Source: Bacillales bacterium UBA6865 (lineage in GTDB: Bacteria; Bacillota_I; Bacilli_A; RFN20; CAG-826). Taken from it: a stretch of DNA of 64,000 bases. A program made the translations under genes and the position numbers. The stretch is taken from positions 45,777 to 109,776 of the forward strand of contig DKCV01000021.1 of assembly GCA_002449265.1 (NCBI GenBank), given 5' to 3'. The first letter of the stretch is position 1. Every line of letters begins with the position of its first letter. Under the pieces are notes generated by a model. It did no database searches. It was not told the DNA's origin and saw only the letters and a program-made list of their open reading frames with translations. Of this stretch, positions 9,882 to 19,704 are shown in pieces.

Positions 9882-12227
9882 ATGATTAAGCTCAGTCAAA
9901 TCTCAAAAGAATATCAAGTAGGGAATTCCCCTTTCTATGCGTTAAAAAACATTAATCTATCATTCCCTAAAAAAGGATTATTTTTCATTGTCGGAAAGTC
10001 GGGAAGCGGAAAAAGCACTTTGCTTAGTATTTTGGGCGGATTGCTTACTCCTAGCTCTGGTAGCTACTTCTATGCAAAGAAAGATGTTACGAAACTTTCT
10101 AGAGTAGAAAAAGAAAAGTTTCTAGAGCAAAAAGTGAGTTTTGTTTTTCAAGATTACAATCTTTTGAATGACTTTTCATTGAAAGATAACCTTTTTTTAT
10201 TAAGAACGAAAAACGAGGAAGAAATTTCAAAAATTTTAGATGTGGTGGGATTATCTAGCAAAATCGATACTCCCGTTAAGCTATTAAGCGGAGGAGAAAA
10301 GCAGCGTCTAGCCATTGCGCGAGCTTTGCTCAAAGAAACGCCCGTCGTTTTACTTGATGAACCAACAGGAAATCTAGATTCTAAAAATGCTTCTTCTATT
10401 TTCTCTATGCTGAAGAAAATTAGTGAAGAAAAGCTACTTATTGTTGTGACGCATGACTTAGAGGGTGCGAATCAGTATGGTGACGATTCCCTTTCTTTAA
10501 AGGATGGTGAGATTGAAAAAAATCTTCTTCTTCCTCAAAAAGCGAAATGTGAGAACACTCTTCAAAAAGAGGAAGAGCCGTTTTTCAAGGAAAAATCATC
10601 TTCTTTTCCCTTCTTTTTTCAATTTTCTTACGTCTATTCTTTACTGAAAAGGAAGTGGATACGCTCTTTATTTTCCATTCTCATCTTAACGTTTAGTTTA
10701 TCGCTTACTTTATCGACGAGTTCCTTACTTTTTTATAGTGAGGAATTCGCTTTAAAAAGTGCGTTCGAAGAGGAAAGGATAAATATGTCTCCGATTGATT
10801 TTCCTCGGAACAAAATAAAATTAAAAGAAGGACCGTTTTCTGCTCAAAAAACAGTAATGCAAGGGCTTAACGAGACAAAGTTCCCTTATTTTCCGGCACT
10901 AAACGTTAATGCTATTTTTTCTGAAAGCTTAACCGCGCCATCTAGTTATGTTGTTGGAATTGATAAAGGCGTTCAACTCTTTGATCAAAGGTTTGAAGTC
11001 CCAGAGAAAAATGAGGCTGTAATTTCTTCTTTTATTGACGAGCTAAATCAGAAGAAAAAAGGAATCAAGATTTCTATTGGATCTCATTTAGAGAAGGAAT
11101 TTAGCGTCAAAAGCGTGTTTGATTTTCCTAATGGAAGAGAAACTGCTAACGAGCTAAGAAACGGCGCTTTAGAAAATCGTCCCTCGCAAAAAGAAAATCC
11201 TCTTCAAGCCTTGATCCTTGTCTCAAAAAATAGTTTTAAGTCTTTCATTCACTCTTTCGATTCTCTTTCTTTGCCTGTTTCGAGATTTTTATCCTCGCCA
11301 AAATTCAGCAAAGAGCAATTAGAAAGCGGACTTAAAAATGAGCTTCTTTTAGCGACTTCTTTTTCGCGTTTTCCTTCTGATGCTTCTTTAGAATTCGGGA
11401 GAGTGCCCACCAAAGAGAATGAAATTGTTTTATCTAGTTCTTATTACGCGCGTTCTATCTCCAATATTAAAAAAGAGGATTTGATTGGCAAAACGCTTTA
11501 TGTTCCAAGTTTAAAAGAATTTGAATCCCTTTGCCCCGAATTAAGATTCGCTTACCGCGTTGATTTGGCGGATGTTTCAAAAGAAGTGGTCGTTACTGGA
11601 ATTATGAAAGTAGACGTTAATAGGGGCGCGAATGTCTATACGCATAAGGAGTTCTATAAAAAGTTACTCGACGAATATTCTCTTTATGGTCTTTCTTATT
11701 TTGCTTATGGAAATAGTGCAAACGAGTTAGCGAAAGCATTTGTTCATTCGCCCGTCCGTTCGAGTCTAGCTTTAACCAGCATGGTTTACCTATTAAAAGA
11801 CGTAACTTCAAATAGTCTATTTCCGATTCTAGCAAGCCTTCAGCTTGCTTTCCTAACGATATCGTCTTTGTTTTTGCTTTTATTTTGTTTTTCGAATATC
11901 AAAGAGAGGGAGAAAGAAATCGCGATTTTAAAATCCTTAGGAATCAAAGAAAGAAAGGTCTCGAATTTATTTTTGATAATGAATGCCTCACTTTGTTTTA
12001 TTGCCTTCGCTTTATCAATACTTCTTTCTTTCCTTTTAGTGACACTTTTCGATAAGGCATTCCGTTCTCATCCCAGCTATGAATATTCCTATTCGATATT
12101 ATCGATAAAATTCTCCCATTTTGGAATTGGCGCTCTCGCTGCAGTAGTGATTCTATCTCTTGCCACGGTTTTCCCGATTTTAAAAGCGCGTAAAATGGAT
12201 ATTTATCTTACTTTGAAAGAGAAATAA
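9882..12227 (+). CDS. MacB-like ABC transporter, ATPase::FtsX-permease fusion (paralog A2)
   Basis: 781 aa. N-terminus aligns with A1 (MIKLSQISKEY...ALKNINLSF versus MVKLFHASVTF...ALKDINLAF). Walker A GKSGSGKST, signature LSGGEKQRLAIARAL, LLDEPT, VTHD. TM1, a roughly 350-aa external domain, then three TMs. Confidence 0.75.
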   Translation: MIKLSQISKEYQVGNSPFYALKNINLSFPKKGLFFIVGKSGSGKSTLLSILGGLLTPSSGSYFYAKKDVTKLSRVEKEKFLEQKVSFVFQDYNLLNDFSLKDNLFLLRTKNEEEISKILDVVGLSSKIDTPVKLLSGGEKQRLAIARALLKETPVVLLDEPTGNLDSKNASSIFSMLKKISEEKLLIVVTHDLEGANQYGDDSLSLKDGEIEKNLLLPQKAKCENTLQKEEEPFFKEKSSSFPFFFQFSYVYSLLKRKWIRSLFSILILTFSLSLTLSTSSLLFYSEEFALKSAFEEERINMSPIDFPRNKIKLKEGPFSAQKTVMQGLNETKFPYFPALNVNAIFSESLTAPSSYVVGIDKGVQLFDQRFEVPEKNEAVISSFIDELNQKKKGIKISIGSHLEKEFSVKSVFDFPNGRETANELRNGALENRPSQKENPLQALILVSKNSFKSFIHSFDSLSLPVSRFLSSPKFSKEQLESGLKNELLLATSFSRFPSDASLEFGRVPTKENEIVLSSSYYARSISNIKKEDLIGKTLYVPSLKEFESLCPELRFAYRVDLADVSKEVVVTGIMKVDVNRGANVYTHKEFYKKLLDEYSLYGLSYFAYGNSANELAKAFVHSPVRSSLALTSMVYLLKDVTSNSLFPILASLQLAFLTISSLFLLLFCFSNIKEREKEIAILKSLGIKERKVSNLFLIMNASLCFIAFALSILLSFLLVTLFDKAFRSHPSYEYSYSILSIKFSHFGIGALAAVVILSLATVFPILKARKMDIYLTLKEK

Positions 12228-12254
12228 TTGCTTGGTCTTCTAAATTGATGCCCC

Positions 12255-12480
12255 TCTTTTATTTCTAATATGAAGTGATAAAATTTTGCTGTAGAAGTTA
12301 AGCCCATTTTTAGAGAGAGTTGCAGGGTGAAAAGACTCATTGGGCACGCCGCTTCTAGACAATGCGAGTAATGTCGCCGCCACTTAGCGTTAATAAGCAA
12401 GCAAGAGCACCCTTAGGTGAAGAAGGATGGTACCGCGCAACTGCGTTCCTTCGTAGATGGGTGTTTTATTTTTGGAGGAA
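12255..12480 (+). promoter_or_regulatory. T-box leader (tRNA-Ala sensing riboswitch) upstream of alaS
   Basis: AAGGATGGTACCGCGC at about 12423-12438 matches the T-box antiterminator consensus AGGGUGGNACCGCG. Downstream are a terminator-like hairpin (CACCC...GGGTG) and a TTTTATTTTT run. A GA-rich stem I start (TAGAGAGAG) and GCC/GCU triplets lie upstream. Followed by RBS GGAGGAAAAACC and the ATG at 12486. Confidence 0.55.
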
Positions 12481-12485
12481 AAACC

Positions 12486-15095
12486 ATGAAACCATTATCA
12501 GGACAAGAAATCCGCATGAGATGGATCCGTTTCTTTGAAAGCAAAGGACATAAATGGCTCCCAGGAGTCTCTTTGATTCCTAGTGACGAAGATAAGTCGC
12601 TTCTATGGGTAAACGCGGGAGTCACCGGCTTAAAGAAATATTTCGATGGCAGCGAAGTTCCGCCTTCTCGCCGCATCGTCAATGTTCAAAAGAGCTTAAG
12701 AACAAACGACATTGAAAACGTTGGCCATACGGCTCGTCACCATACTTTCTTTGAAATGCTTGGTAATTTTTCGATTGGAGATTATTTTAGAAACGAAGTA
12801 ATACCTTGGGCTTATGAAATCCTCACAAGCGAAAAAGTAGGATTTGGAATTCCTCCTGAAAAGCTTTATATGACCTATGAACCACATGATAAAGCAACTT
12901 ACGATTTATGGGTTAAGTGTGGGATCGATCCAACTCATTTGATTCCTTTAGCTAGTAACTTCTGGGAAATCGGGAAAGGGCCTGGTGGACCAGATACCGA
13001 AATGTTCTTTGATCGTGGCGAAAAATATGACCCAAAGCATTTAGGCGTAAAATTACTACAAGACGATTTAGAAAACGACCGTTATATTGAAATTTGGAAT
13101 ATTGTCTTTAGCCAATACAATTGTGACCCCTCTATCCCAAGAGAAGAATATAAAGAGCTTCCAAGCAAAAACATCGATACGGGGTGTGGGTTAGAAAGAA
13201 TCGCTTGCATTCTTCAAGGCACGGAAACCAATTTCGAGACCGATTTATTCGCTCCAATCATGGCGAAAATCGCAGAACTTTCCCATAAAAAATACGAAGG
13301 CGAGAACCTTATGAGCTTCCGCGTTATCGCTGATCATGCGCGTTGTCTTACCTTCGCTTTAAGCGATGGAGCAACTTTCTCTAATGAAGGAAGAGGCTAT
13401 GTTTTACGCCGCATTATTCGCCGCGCGATGCGATATGGCCAAAAGCTTGGCATCGAAGGCGAATTCATGTACAAACTTATCCAAGTTGTCGCGGACAAAT
13501 ACAAAGATTTCTATCCATATTTGGAAGATAAAGTTGCGGAAGTCTCCAAAATGGTTCAAAGCGAAGAAAGCAAATTCTTGCGCACTCTCGCTAGCGGAGA
13601 AAACCTATTGTTATCCATGCTTAAAGGGAAAAATGAATTGACGGGCGAAGAAATCTTTAAGCTTTATGATACATACGGCTTCCCTAGCGATTTAACCAAA
13701 GAAATCGCTTCTGAATATCACGTTAATTGCGATATGGATGGCTTCCTTATCGCTATGAAAGCACAGCGAGAACGTGCCCGTTCCGCGCGAGGCGAAATCG
13801 ACTCTTTCCATAAACAGTCTAAAGACTTATTAGCGTTCAAAACTAGTAGTGAATTCCTTTATGATGAAGACACTTGCGAGGCTAATGTGATTGGCTTATT
13901 TAAAGACGGAGAGAGCGTTGAAGCGCTTGATGAAGAAGGAGATGTTATTTTCTCTAAGACTCCCTTCTATAGCGAGATGGGCGGACAAGTAAGCGATACT
14001 GGCTTAATTCGTGGTGACACCTTTGAAGCGGAAGTGAAGCACGTTGGCACTGCGCCTAACGGTCAACATCTTCACCACGTTTTGCTAAAATATGGCTCTC
14101 TTCATGTTGCCGATAAAGTTCATTTAGCCATCGATAGCGATCGACGTCGCCTTATTGAACGTAATCATAGTGCGACCCATCTCCTTCACCGTGCTTTAAG
14201 CAATGTGTTAAAGAAACACGTTGATCAAAAAGGCTCTTATGTTGATGAAAACTACCTCCGTTTCGACTATAGCGCTGAAGCAAAATTAAGCGCTGGAGAA
14301 CTGAATGAAGTTCAGTCCGAAGTGAATAAAAAGATTGCGGATGCAATTGAAGAAGTAACGAAGGTTCTTCCGCTTGAAGAAGCGAAAAAGCTCGGTGCGG
14401 AAATGGAATTCTCTGATAAATATGGTGCGAATGTTCGAGTCGTTACTTTTGGCAATTATAGTAAGGAATTCTGTGGCGGGACCCATGTTAAAAATTCTAG
14501 TGAAATCGGCTTATTCATCATTGAAAGCGATGAAGCGGTCGCTAGTGGAACTCGCCGCATCCAAGCCCGTACTTCTTTAGGCGCGATTCATTATTTGCAT
14601 CAAAAGATGAGGCTACTTGAAGAAGCGGAAAATCTTTATTCAAGTGACGATAGCTCTTTCTTAGCGAGATTAACGAAGACCAATGAAGAAAAGAAATCGC
14701 TGGAAAAAGAAAATAGTGCCTTAAAAGCTAAACTATCTTCAATCGAAGCAAAAAATCTTGCCGAGGCTCCTTTAATTAACGGGATTCGTTACGTTGCTCT
14801 TGTGAAAGATGGCGCTAAAAAAGAAGACCTCCTTTCTTTGGCGGACACCCTTAAGAGCAAGGATAAAGATTATCTTTTGATCCTTCTTGGCGGAAATGAG
14901 AACGCTCGTCCAATCGTAGCAATGGTCGGCGGAAAGGCCTTAACGAAAGTCAAAGCGGGTGATATCGTAAAGGAAATGAGCAAAACTCTTGGCGGAGGAG
15001 GAGGCGGACGCCCTGAAATGGCGACTGGTCAAATGAAGACGAGAAACGGCTTTGAAGTGCTTGCCGCAAAATATTCATCACTTTTAAAAGAATAA
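12486..15095 (+). CDS. alaS: Alanyl-tRNA synthetase
   Basis: About 870 aa from MKPLSGQEIRMRWIRFFESKGH. Class II aaRS motifs, editing-domain HxxxH (HSATHLLH) and the C-terminal GGGGGGRP glycine motif. The ORF extends upstream to 12417 only because it runs through the leader. Confidence 0.95.
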   Translation: MKPLSGQEIRMRWIRFFESKGHKWLPGVSLIPSDEDKSLLWVNAGVTGLKKYFDGSEVPPSRRIVNVQKSLRTNDIENVGHTARHHTFFEMLGNFSIGDYFRNEVIPWAYEILTSEKVGFGIPPEKLYMTYEPHDKATYDLWVKCGIDPTHLIPLASNFWEIGKGPGGPDTEMFFDRGEKYDPKHLGVKLLQDDLENDRYIEIWNIVFSQYNCDPSIPREEYKELPSKNIDTGCGLERIACILQGTETNFETDLFAPIMAKIAELSHKKYEGENLMSFRVIADHARCLTFALSDGATFSNEGRGYVLRRIIRRAMRYGQKLGIEGEFMYKLIQVVADKYKDFYPYLEDKVAEVSKMVQSEESKFLRTLASGENLLLSMLKGKNELTGEEIFKLYDTYGFPSDLTKEIASEYHVNCDMDGFLIAMKAQRERARSARGEIDSFHKQSKDLLAFKTSSEFLYDEDTCEANVIGLFKDGESVEALDEEGDVIFSKTPFYSEMGGQVSDTGLIRGDTFEAEVKHVGTAPNGQHLHHVLLKYGSLHVADKVHLAIDSDRRRLIERNHSATHLLHRALSNVLKKHVDQKGSYVDENYLRFDYSAEAKLSAGELNEVQSEVNKKIADAIEEVTKVLPLEEAKKLGAEMEFSDKYGANVRVVTFGNYSKEFCGGTHVKNSSEIGLFIIESDEAVASGTRRIQARTSLGAIHYLHQKMRLLEEAENLYSSDDSSFLARLTKTNEEKKSLEKENSALKAKLSSIEAKNLAEAPLINGIRYVALVKDGAKKEDLLSLADTLKSKDKDYLLILLGGNENARPIVAMVGGKALTKVKAGDIVKEMSKTLGGGGGGRPEMATGQMKTRNGFEVLAAKYSSLLKE

Positions 15096-15104
15096 GGAGT
15101 ACAT

Positions 15105-15374
15105 ATGACTGAAATCACCGATAATAGCATCATCATTACCGATGATAGCGGAAACGAAGACGCTTGGAAAATTCTTTTCTACTATGAAAACCCAGAGCGG
15201 AGGAAGACCTTCTATTTCATCTATAAAGACGAAAATCCCGACGATTTGCTCGTTATGGCTAGTGAAGATGGGTCATCGCTCATTGAACCGACAGAAGAAG
15301 AGATGGAAGAAGCTTCTGAAATGTTAGAGACTTATGAAGATGATCCAAAGATCGCTTCCATCAAAAGCAAATGA
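15105..15374 (+). CDS. DUF1292/UPF0473-like small acidic protein (YrzB-like), conserved downstream of alaS
   Basis: 89 aa, acidic. MTEITDNSIIITDDSGNEDAWKILFYYE...; position after alaS as in Bacillus. Confidence 0.5.
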   Translation: MTEITDNSIIITDDSGNEDAWKILFYYENPERRKTFYFIYKDENPDDLLVMASEDGSSLIEPTEEEMEEASEMLETYEDDPKIASIKSK

Positions 15375-15438
15375 GTCTTGTCTTTTTCTTTAGTGGAAAG
15401 AGAGTATAATTCGAATTGCAGTTTTTAGGAGAGTAATA

Positions 15439-15921
15439 ATGGCAGAAGAAAAAATCGTCATGACCCGTGAGGGCATGGAGAAACTCGAAAAAGAATATCG
15501 TGATTTAATTGATAATCAACGCCCTGAAGTCATCGAAGAACTTAAGCTTGCTCGTTCTCAAGGCGACTTAAGCGAAAACGCCGACTACGATGCGGCAAGA
15601 AATAAGCAAGCCCAGATTGAAGCAAGAATTACCGAAATTGAGCACATCAAAGATATTGCCGTCATCATCGAAGAGAACAAGACAGGCAAAAAGATTAACC
15701 TTGGTTATACGGTGACCTTTAAAAAACTTAATGATGATAAAAAGGTAACGGTTCGCCTTGTCGGTACGATTGAAGCGAACCCGTTCAGCGAGATTCCTTC
15801 CATCAGCGATCAAAGTGCGATTGGCAAGGCCTTAATTGATCATTGGATCGGCGATAAAGTTATGGTGGAAGCCGCTAATCCATACGAGATTGAAATTCTC
15901 TCTGCTGAAATCACAAAATAA
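15439..15921 (+). CDS. greA: Transcription elongation factor GreA
   Basis: 160 aa. Coiled-coil N-terminus with the acidic tip (ARSQGDLSENADYDAA) and an FKBP-like C-terminal domain. Confidence 0.9.
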   Translation: MAEEKIVMTREGMEKLEKEYRDLIDNQRPEVIEELKLARSQGDLSENADYDAARNKQAQIEARITEIEHIKDIAVIIEENKTGKKINLGYTVTFKKLNDDKKVTVRLVGTIEANPFSEIPSISDQSAIGKALIDHWIGDKVMVEAANPYEIEILSAEITK

Positions 15922-15937
15922 AAACGATTACTTTTTA

Positions 15938-15967
15938 AGCCAGTTCTACTTGGGACTGGTTTTTTCT
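15938..15967 (+). terminator. Rho-independent terminator after greA
   Basis: GCCAGT tctacttggg ACTGGT followed by TTTTTT. Confidence 0.5.
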
Positions 15968-16113
15968 TATAAAAATCTAAAATTTACAAATAAGAAAGAA
16001 TAATTGATTTAAAACTATTAATTAGCAAATGTAAACTCAAAATATAACACTTTTTATTATTTTTTTTGTAAAAAATCCGATTTCTTGTCTATAGAAAAGT
16101 AGGAGGAAAAAAT

Positions 16114-16653
16114 ATGATAAAAGTTATTATCATTGTCGTTATCGCTACCTTAGTGGGGCTCGTCGGATTCGCGGCAGTGGACAAAGTCGCAGGGAATATC
16201 GTTGATCCTTCGACTTCCGAATCCTCTAGCCAAGATGATACATTTTCGGTATCGATTACTGGAGAAGTAAAAAGAACGGGCACTTATAACGTTCCCACCG
16301 GCAGCACTTTATTGACGTTAATCGAGGCCGCTAGTGGTGTGACAAGCAACGCCGATTCTAAAGCCTATAATACGGAGTTTTTGTTAAGCGCGGGTCAATC
16401 GTTCTATATTGCTCCTCTTTACGATAATAGTAACACCTGCTCCGTCTCTCCTATTGATAAAGTCAATATCAATAGCGCGGACAAGACAACGCTTATGAAA
16501 GTCAGCGCTTTTTCGTCTACCATCGCGAGCGCGATTATCGAATATCGAGAAAAAACCGCGTCTTTTGGGCGAATCGAAGAACTAAAAAATGTGACTGGGA
16601 TAGGAAATGCGATATTCGCCAAAGCGAAAGATTTCGTTACCCTTGTGGACTAA
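16114..16653 (+). CDS. comEA: Competence protein ComEA (membrane-anchored DNA receptor, helix-hairpin-helix)
   Basis: 179 aa. N-terminal TM (MIKVIIIVVIATLVGLV). C-terminal tandem HhH (VNINSADKTTLMKV...IEELKNVTGIGNAIFAKAKDFV). Confidence 0.8.
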   Translation: MIKVIIIVVIATLVGLVGFAAVDKVAGNIVDPSTSESSSQDDTFSVSITGEVKRTGTYNVPTGSTLLTLIEAASGVTSNADSKAYNTEFLLSAGQSFYIAPLYDNSNTCSVSPIDKVNINSADKTTLMKVSAFSSTIASAIIEYREKTASFGRIEELKNVTGIGNAIFAKAKDFVTLVD

Positions 16654-18712
16654 GAAAAAGACGTTTGTCGCCTTTTTCCTACTATTAGGAATTGTAACCG
16701 GAAGCAATCTTGCTTTTTATTACCGAAAATTTTATCTTTTGCCCTTCTTTATCATCCTTGTTCTTTTATTTTCAATTTTTGCTTTGCGAAAAGGAAAGAT
16801 GTTTTTAGGAATCTATCTACTTACTTCTCTATTTTCATTTTCTCTTCAAGTGATTTCCTTTCCTATCGAAGTGGAAGAAAAATGCGAAATTGTTGGCATG
16901 GTGATTGAAACAAAGAAAAATTATTTTTTCTTGAAGAGCGGGATTCATCGTTATTACGTCTACGAAAAAGATAATGAGAGGGAAATTGGCGATTTTCTTC
17001 TTATTAACGGCAAGAAAGAAGAATTTATCGAAACGAAATACGAAAGCCATTTTTCGTTTCAAGATTATCTTGCTTCGCGAGGAATCAAATACTCGTTGCG
17101 AGCTTATTCGATCACACCGAAATTTGAAATGCCATTTCGTCTAAGGAGCAACGAAAAGATATTTCTTTCCTATTTTGACGAAGAAACCCGCCCTTTATTA
17201 GATAGCCTTCTTTTTGATAAAAAAGACAGCCAAAGCGAATTCTTAACGCAAGCGACCAGCTTAGGAATTTTGTATCTATTTTCTAGTAGTGGCATTTATT
17301 TAGGCATTGCTCTTCGAATTATTGAAGGCACCGCTAGAAAGTTTCTAAGCGAGCGAGGAACCAAATATGTTTCTTTTGTTACTCTTATCCTTCTTTCCCC
17401 TTTTTATATCGCAAAACTAGGATATTATCGAGTTTTTCTTTCGCGAGTTATTGGCACAATCTATCAAAATAAAGAAGGCGGAATTGATGCTTTAGGGAAA
17501 ACGTCGCTCGTTGGAATAATTCTTTATTTATTTTCTTTTCGCTCCCCTTTAAGAAGCGCCTATTTACTTGGAATAGGAATTTCTCTTAACCATTCTTTTT
17601 TGTCGACCATTATTTCTCGAATTGATTCAAAACGGAAAAGAAAAATTGTTTCTTCTTTTTCTTTCCATAGCTTTTTAATTCCGAATTTAGTTTCGAATTC
17701 TTCCATTCATTTATTCGCTTATCTTTATTCTTTGTTCCTTCCTTTTCTTCTTTTTCCTTTCCGGTTTATCGCAATCTTATCGTTTTTCACAATACCTTTC
17801 GTTCCTTTCCTTAATGGTTATGCGTCTTTATTGAGTTCTGTGCTTTCTTTCTTAGAAAAAATAGATGTCATTATTCCTATTGGTGGAGGGTCTAACGCAT
17901 ATTTGTCACTTCTCTATTATTGTTTTTATTATGCATTTTTCTATTTGAGTGAATGCGGCTTTAGTAAGGCAAAGAAAATGGCTCCGGCCTTATTCGCTTT
18001 CATTTTGCTAATTCGCGCGATGCCGATATCACAACATTTCAGCGATGAAGTTACTTTTATTAATGTGGGGCAAGGCGATGCGATTTTAATTCGCGAAAAA
18101 GGGAAAAGCGTTTTGTTAGATACAGGGGGCGTCACCAGTTTTGATTTAGGAAAAGAAGTGGATTTATCTTATTTATATAAACGACGGATTTATCATCTTG
18201 ATGCCGTAATTGCTAGTCATGGAGATTATGACCATATAGGGGCTTATGCGTCGCTTAAGAAGCTGATTCCTATCAAAAATTATTATGATTCTCCTTCTTC
18301 TTTTCCGCTAAAAATCGGCAATATGGAATTTAAAAATCTTAATCTTTATGGAGGAAATGAAGAGAACGATAAATCACTTGTTTTGTCACTAAACCATTTA
18401 GGGAAAAGGTGGCTATTTATGGGAGACGCTCCTAAGAAAATCGAAGAAAAAATCATTCAAGATAATCCAAATTTAAGATGCGATGTTCTTAAAGTTGGTC
18501 ACCATGGAAGTAATACATCTACTTCTGACTTATTTTTAAGAACAGTGCAGCCGAAAGTCGCAATCATTAGCGTTGGTGCAAGAAACAAATTTGGACATCC
18601 TGACCCAACAACTTTAGCAAAGCTTGAGGCGAACGGCATTACCATTAGACGTACCGATTTAGAAGGAACGATTTCCTATATTTCCTACATGAATTCTCCA
18701 ATAAAAATATGA
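16607..18712 (+). CDS. comEC: Competence protein ComEC/Rec2 (DNA internalisation channel with C-terminal MBL domain)
   Basis: 701 aa polytopic membrane protein. C-terminal MBL motifs (FINVGQGDAILI, HGDYDHIG, VGHHGS). Overlaps the comEA 3' end; the true start is probably an internal TTG or ATG. Confidence 0.85.
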   Translation: MRYSPKRKISLPLWTKKKTFVAFFLLLGIVTGSNLAFYYRKFYLLPFFIILVLLFSIFALRKGKMFLGIYLLTSLFSFSLQVISFPIEVEEKCEIVGMVIETKKNYFFLKSGIHRYYVYEKDNEREIGDFLLINGKKEEFIETKYESHFSFQDYLASRGIKYSLRAYSITPKFEMPFRLRSNEKIFLSYFDEETRPLLDSLLFDKKDSQSEFLTQATSLGILYLFSSSGIYLGIALRIIEGTARKFLSERGTKYVSFVTLILLSPFYIAKLGYYRVFLSRVIGTIYQNKEGGIDALGKTSLVGIILYLFSFRSPLRSAYLLGIGISLNHSFLSTIISRIDSKRKRKIVSSFSFHSFLIPNLVSNSSIHLFAYLYSLFLPFLLFPFRFIAILSFFTIPFVPFLNGYASLLSSVLSFLEKIDVIIPIGGGSNAYLSLLYYCFYYAFFYLSECGFSKAKKMAPALFAFILLIRAMPISQHFSDEVTFINVGQGDAILIREKGKSVLLDTGGVTSFDLGKEVDLSYLYKRRIYHLDAVIASHGDYDHIGAYASLKKLIPIKNYYDSPSSFPLKIGNMEFKNLNLYGGNEENDKSLVLSLNHLGKRWLFMGDAPKKIEEKIIQDNPNLRCDVLKVGHHGSNTSTSDLFLRTVQPKVAIISVGARNKFGHPDPTTLAKLEANGITIRRTDLEGTISYISYMNSPIKI

Positions 18713-18742
18713 TTAAATATTAGAATTAATGTGGTATTATTG

Positions 18743-18752
18743 GTATAATAAT
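18743..18752 (+). promoter_or_regulatory. Extended -10 promoter element (TGGTATAAT) for the 18787 gene
   Basis: ttattggtataataataat is a perfect TGnTATAAT about 35 nt upstream of the ATG. Confidence 0.35.
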
Positions 18753-18786
18753 AATATCAAAAGATACTAATATTCGAGGTTCGTAT

Positions 18787-19704
18787 ATGAGTAAAATAGT
18801 AAATTCCCTTGATAAGAATTTCGATAGAGACACCATGATTATCAATCGTGATTCCCTAAGCGAATTAGACCAAACACGGAAGAGCAAGGGCCTATTAACG
18901 AGTCTAGAGATAAAAGAAATTCGAAATAGCTTAGGATTAAATCAAAAAGAATTTTCTTTGCTTCTAGGACTAGGCGAAATTTCGGTCGCCCGTTATGAAA
19001 CGAAATTGATTCAGTCTCATACGATTAATGATTTATTCCTCAAAGCGAAAACTAATCCTCTTTTCCTATATGAAAAATATCAAGAGAATAAGAAAAACCT
19101 TTCTTTAGATACGAGAGAGAAACTTGTGAAGAAAATCAAAATACTTTCTTCTAATGAAGCAATGATTCGCCTATCCAAAGAGAGAGAATATCGCTTTTTA
19201 ATGCTTCCGTATTTAGAAGAAAGCTCACTGGTAGGCGATACAAATTTATCGCTGAATGCAATTGCTTCGCTTTTGACTTTAGGGAAAGACGAAAAGGGTT
19301 CTTTGACAAGGAACCGTTTTGCTAAATTTCTCTTTTATTGCGATTTCCTCTCGTTTTCAGAAAATGGAAAAGGAATAACTGGCTTAGTGTACCGAAAGGC
19401 GATTGATGGAGTGGAGCCTCTATTCTACGACGATATTCTTTCTGACCCTCTTTTCAAAAAGACAACGCGCATTGTGTTTGATAAAAATGGTTCTTCTTTT
19501 TCGCAAGAGCGCATCGCTACCAAAGAAAAAATCACGATTGGTCATGAACAAAGAGAAATTGCTAAGCGCGTAAAAGAGCGCTTCCGCTTGCTCTCTGAAC
19601 ATGATTTTTCTCTTTATTGTCTTAATGAAAAACCACTAAAAAAGCTAAAGAATGGTGCTCTCGTGGATTATTCGCTTTCATTCACCTTAAGCAATGCAAA
19701 ATAA
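18787..19704 (+). CDS. XRE-family HTH plus DUF4065 (Panacea / SocA-GepA-like) domain protein, putative antitoxin-like regulator
   Basis: 305 aa. N-terminal XRE HTH (LTSLEIKEIRNSLGLNQKEFSLLLGLGEISVARYE). C-terminal FAKFLFYCDFLSFSENGKGITGLVYRKAIDGVEP fits the DUF4065 core pattern (KLxKLLYYxD...G.PITG..Y.A...GP). The DUF4065 assignment is from memory of the family pattern, not a profile search. Confidence 0.5.
   Translation: MSKIVNSLDKNFDRDTMIINRDSLSELDQTRKSKGLLTSLEIKEIRNSLGLNQKEFSLLLGLGEISVARYETKLIQSHTINDLFLKAKTNPLFLYEKYQENKKNLSLDTREKLVKKIKILSSNEAMIRLSKEREYRFLMLPYLEESSLVGDTNLSLNAIASLLTLGKDEKGSLTRNRFAKFLFYCDFLSFSENGKGITGLVYRKAIDGVEPLFYDDILSDPLFKKTTRIVFDKNGSSFSQERIATKEKITIGHEQREIAKRVKERFRLLSEHDFSLYCLNEKPLKKLKNGALVDYSLSFTLSNAK

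Noticed and set aside
12417-12485. The N-terminal 23 codons of the alaS track ORF (MKKDGTAQLRSFVDGCFIFGGKT)
   Set aside because: This stretch overlaps the T-box antiterminator and terminator. The ATG at 12486 preceded by GGAGG is the real start.
14960-15010. GGCGGAGGAGGAGGCGGA repeat
   Set aside because: It encodes the conserved C-terminal GGGGGGRP glycine stretch of AlaS and is not a DNA-level repeat element.
15142-15327. 61-aa ORF in an alternative frame
   Set aside because: It overlaps the DUF1292-like gene in another frame, and no ribosome-binding site was evident.
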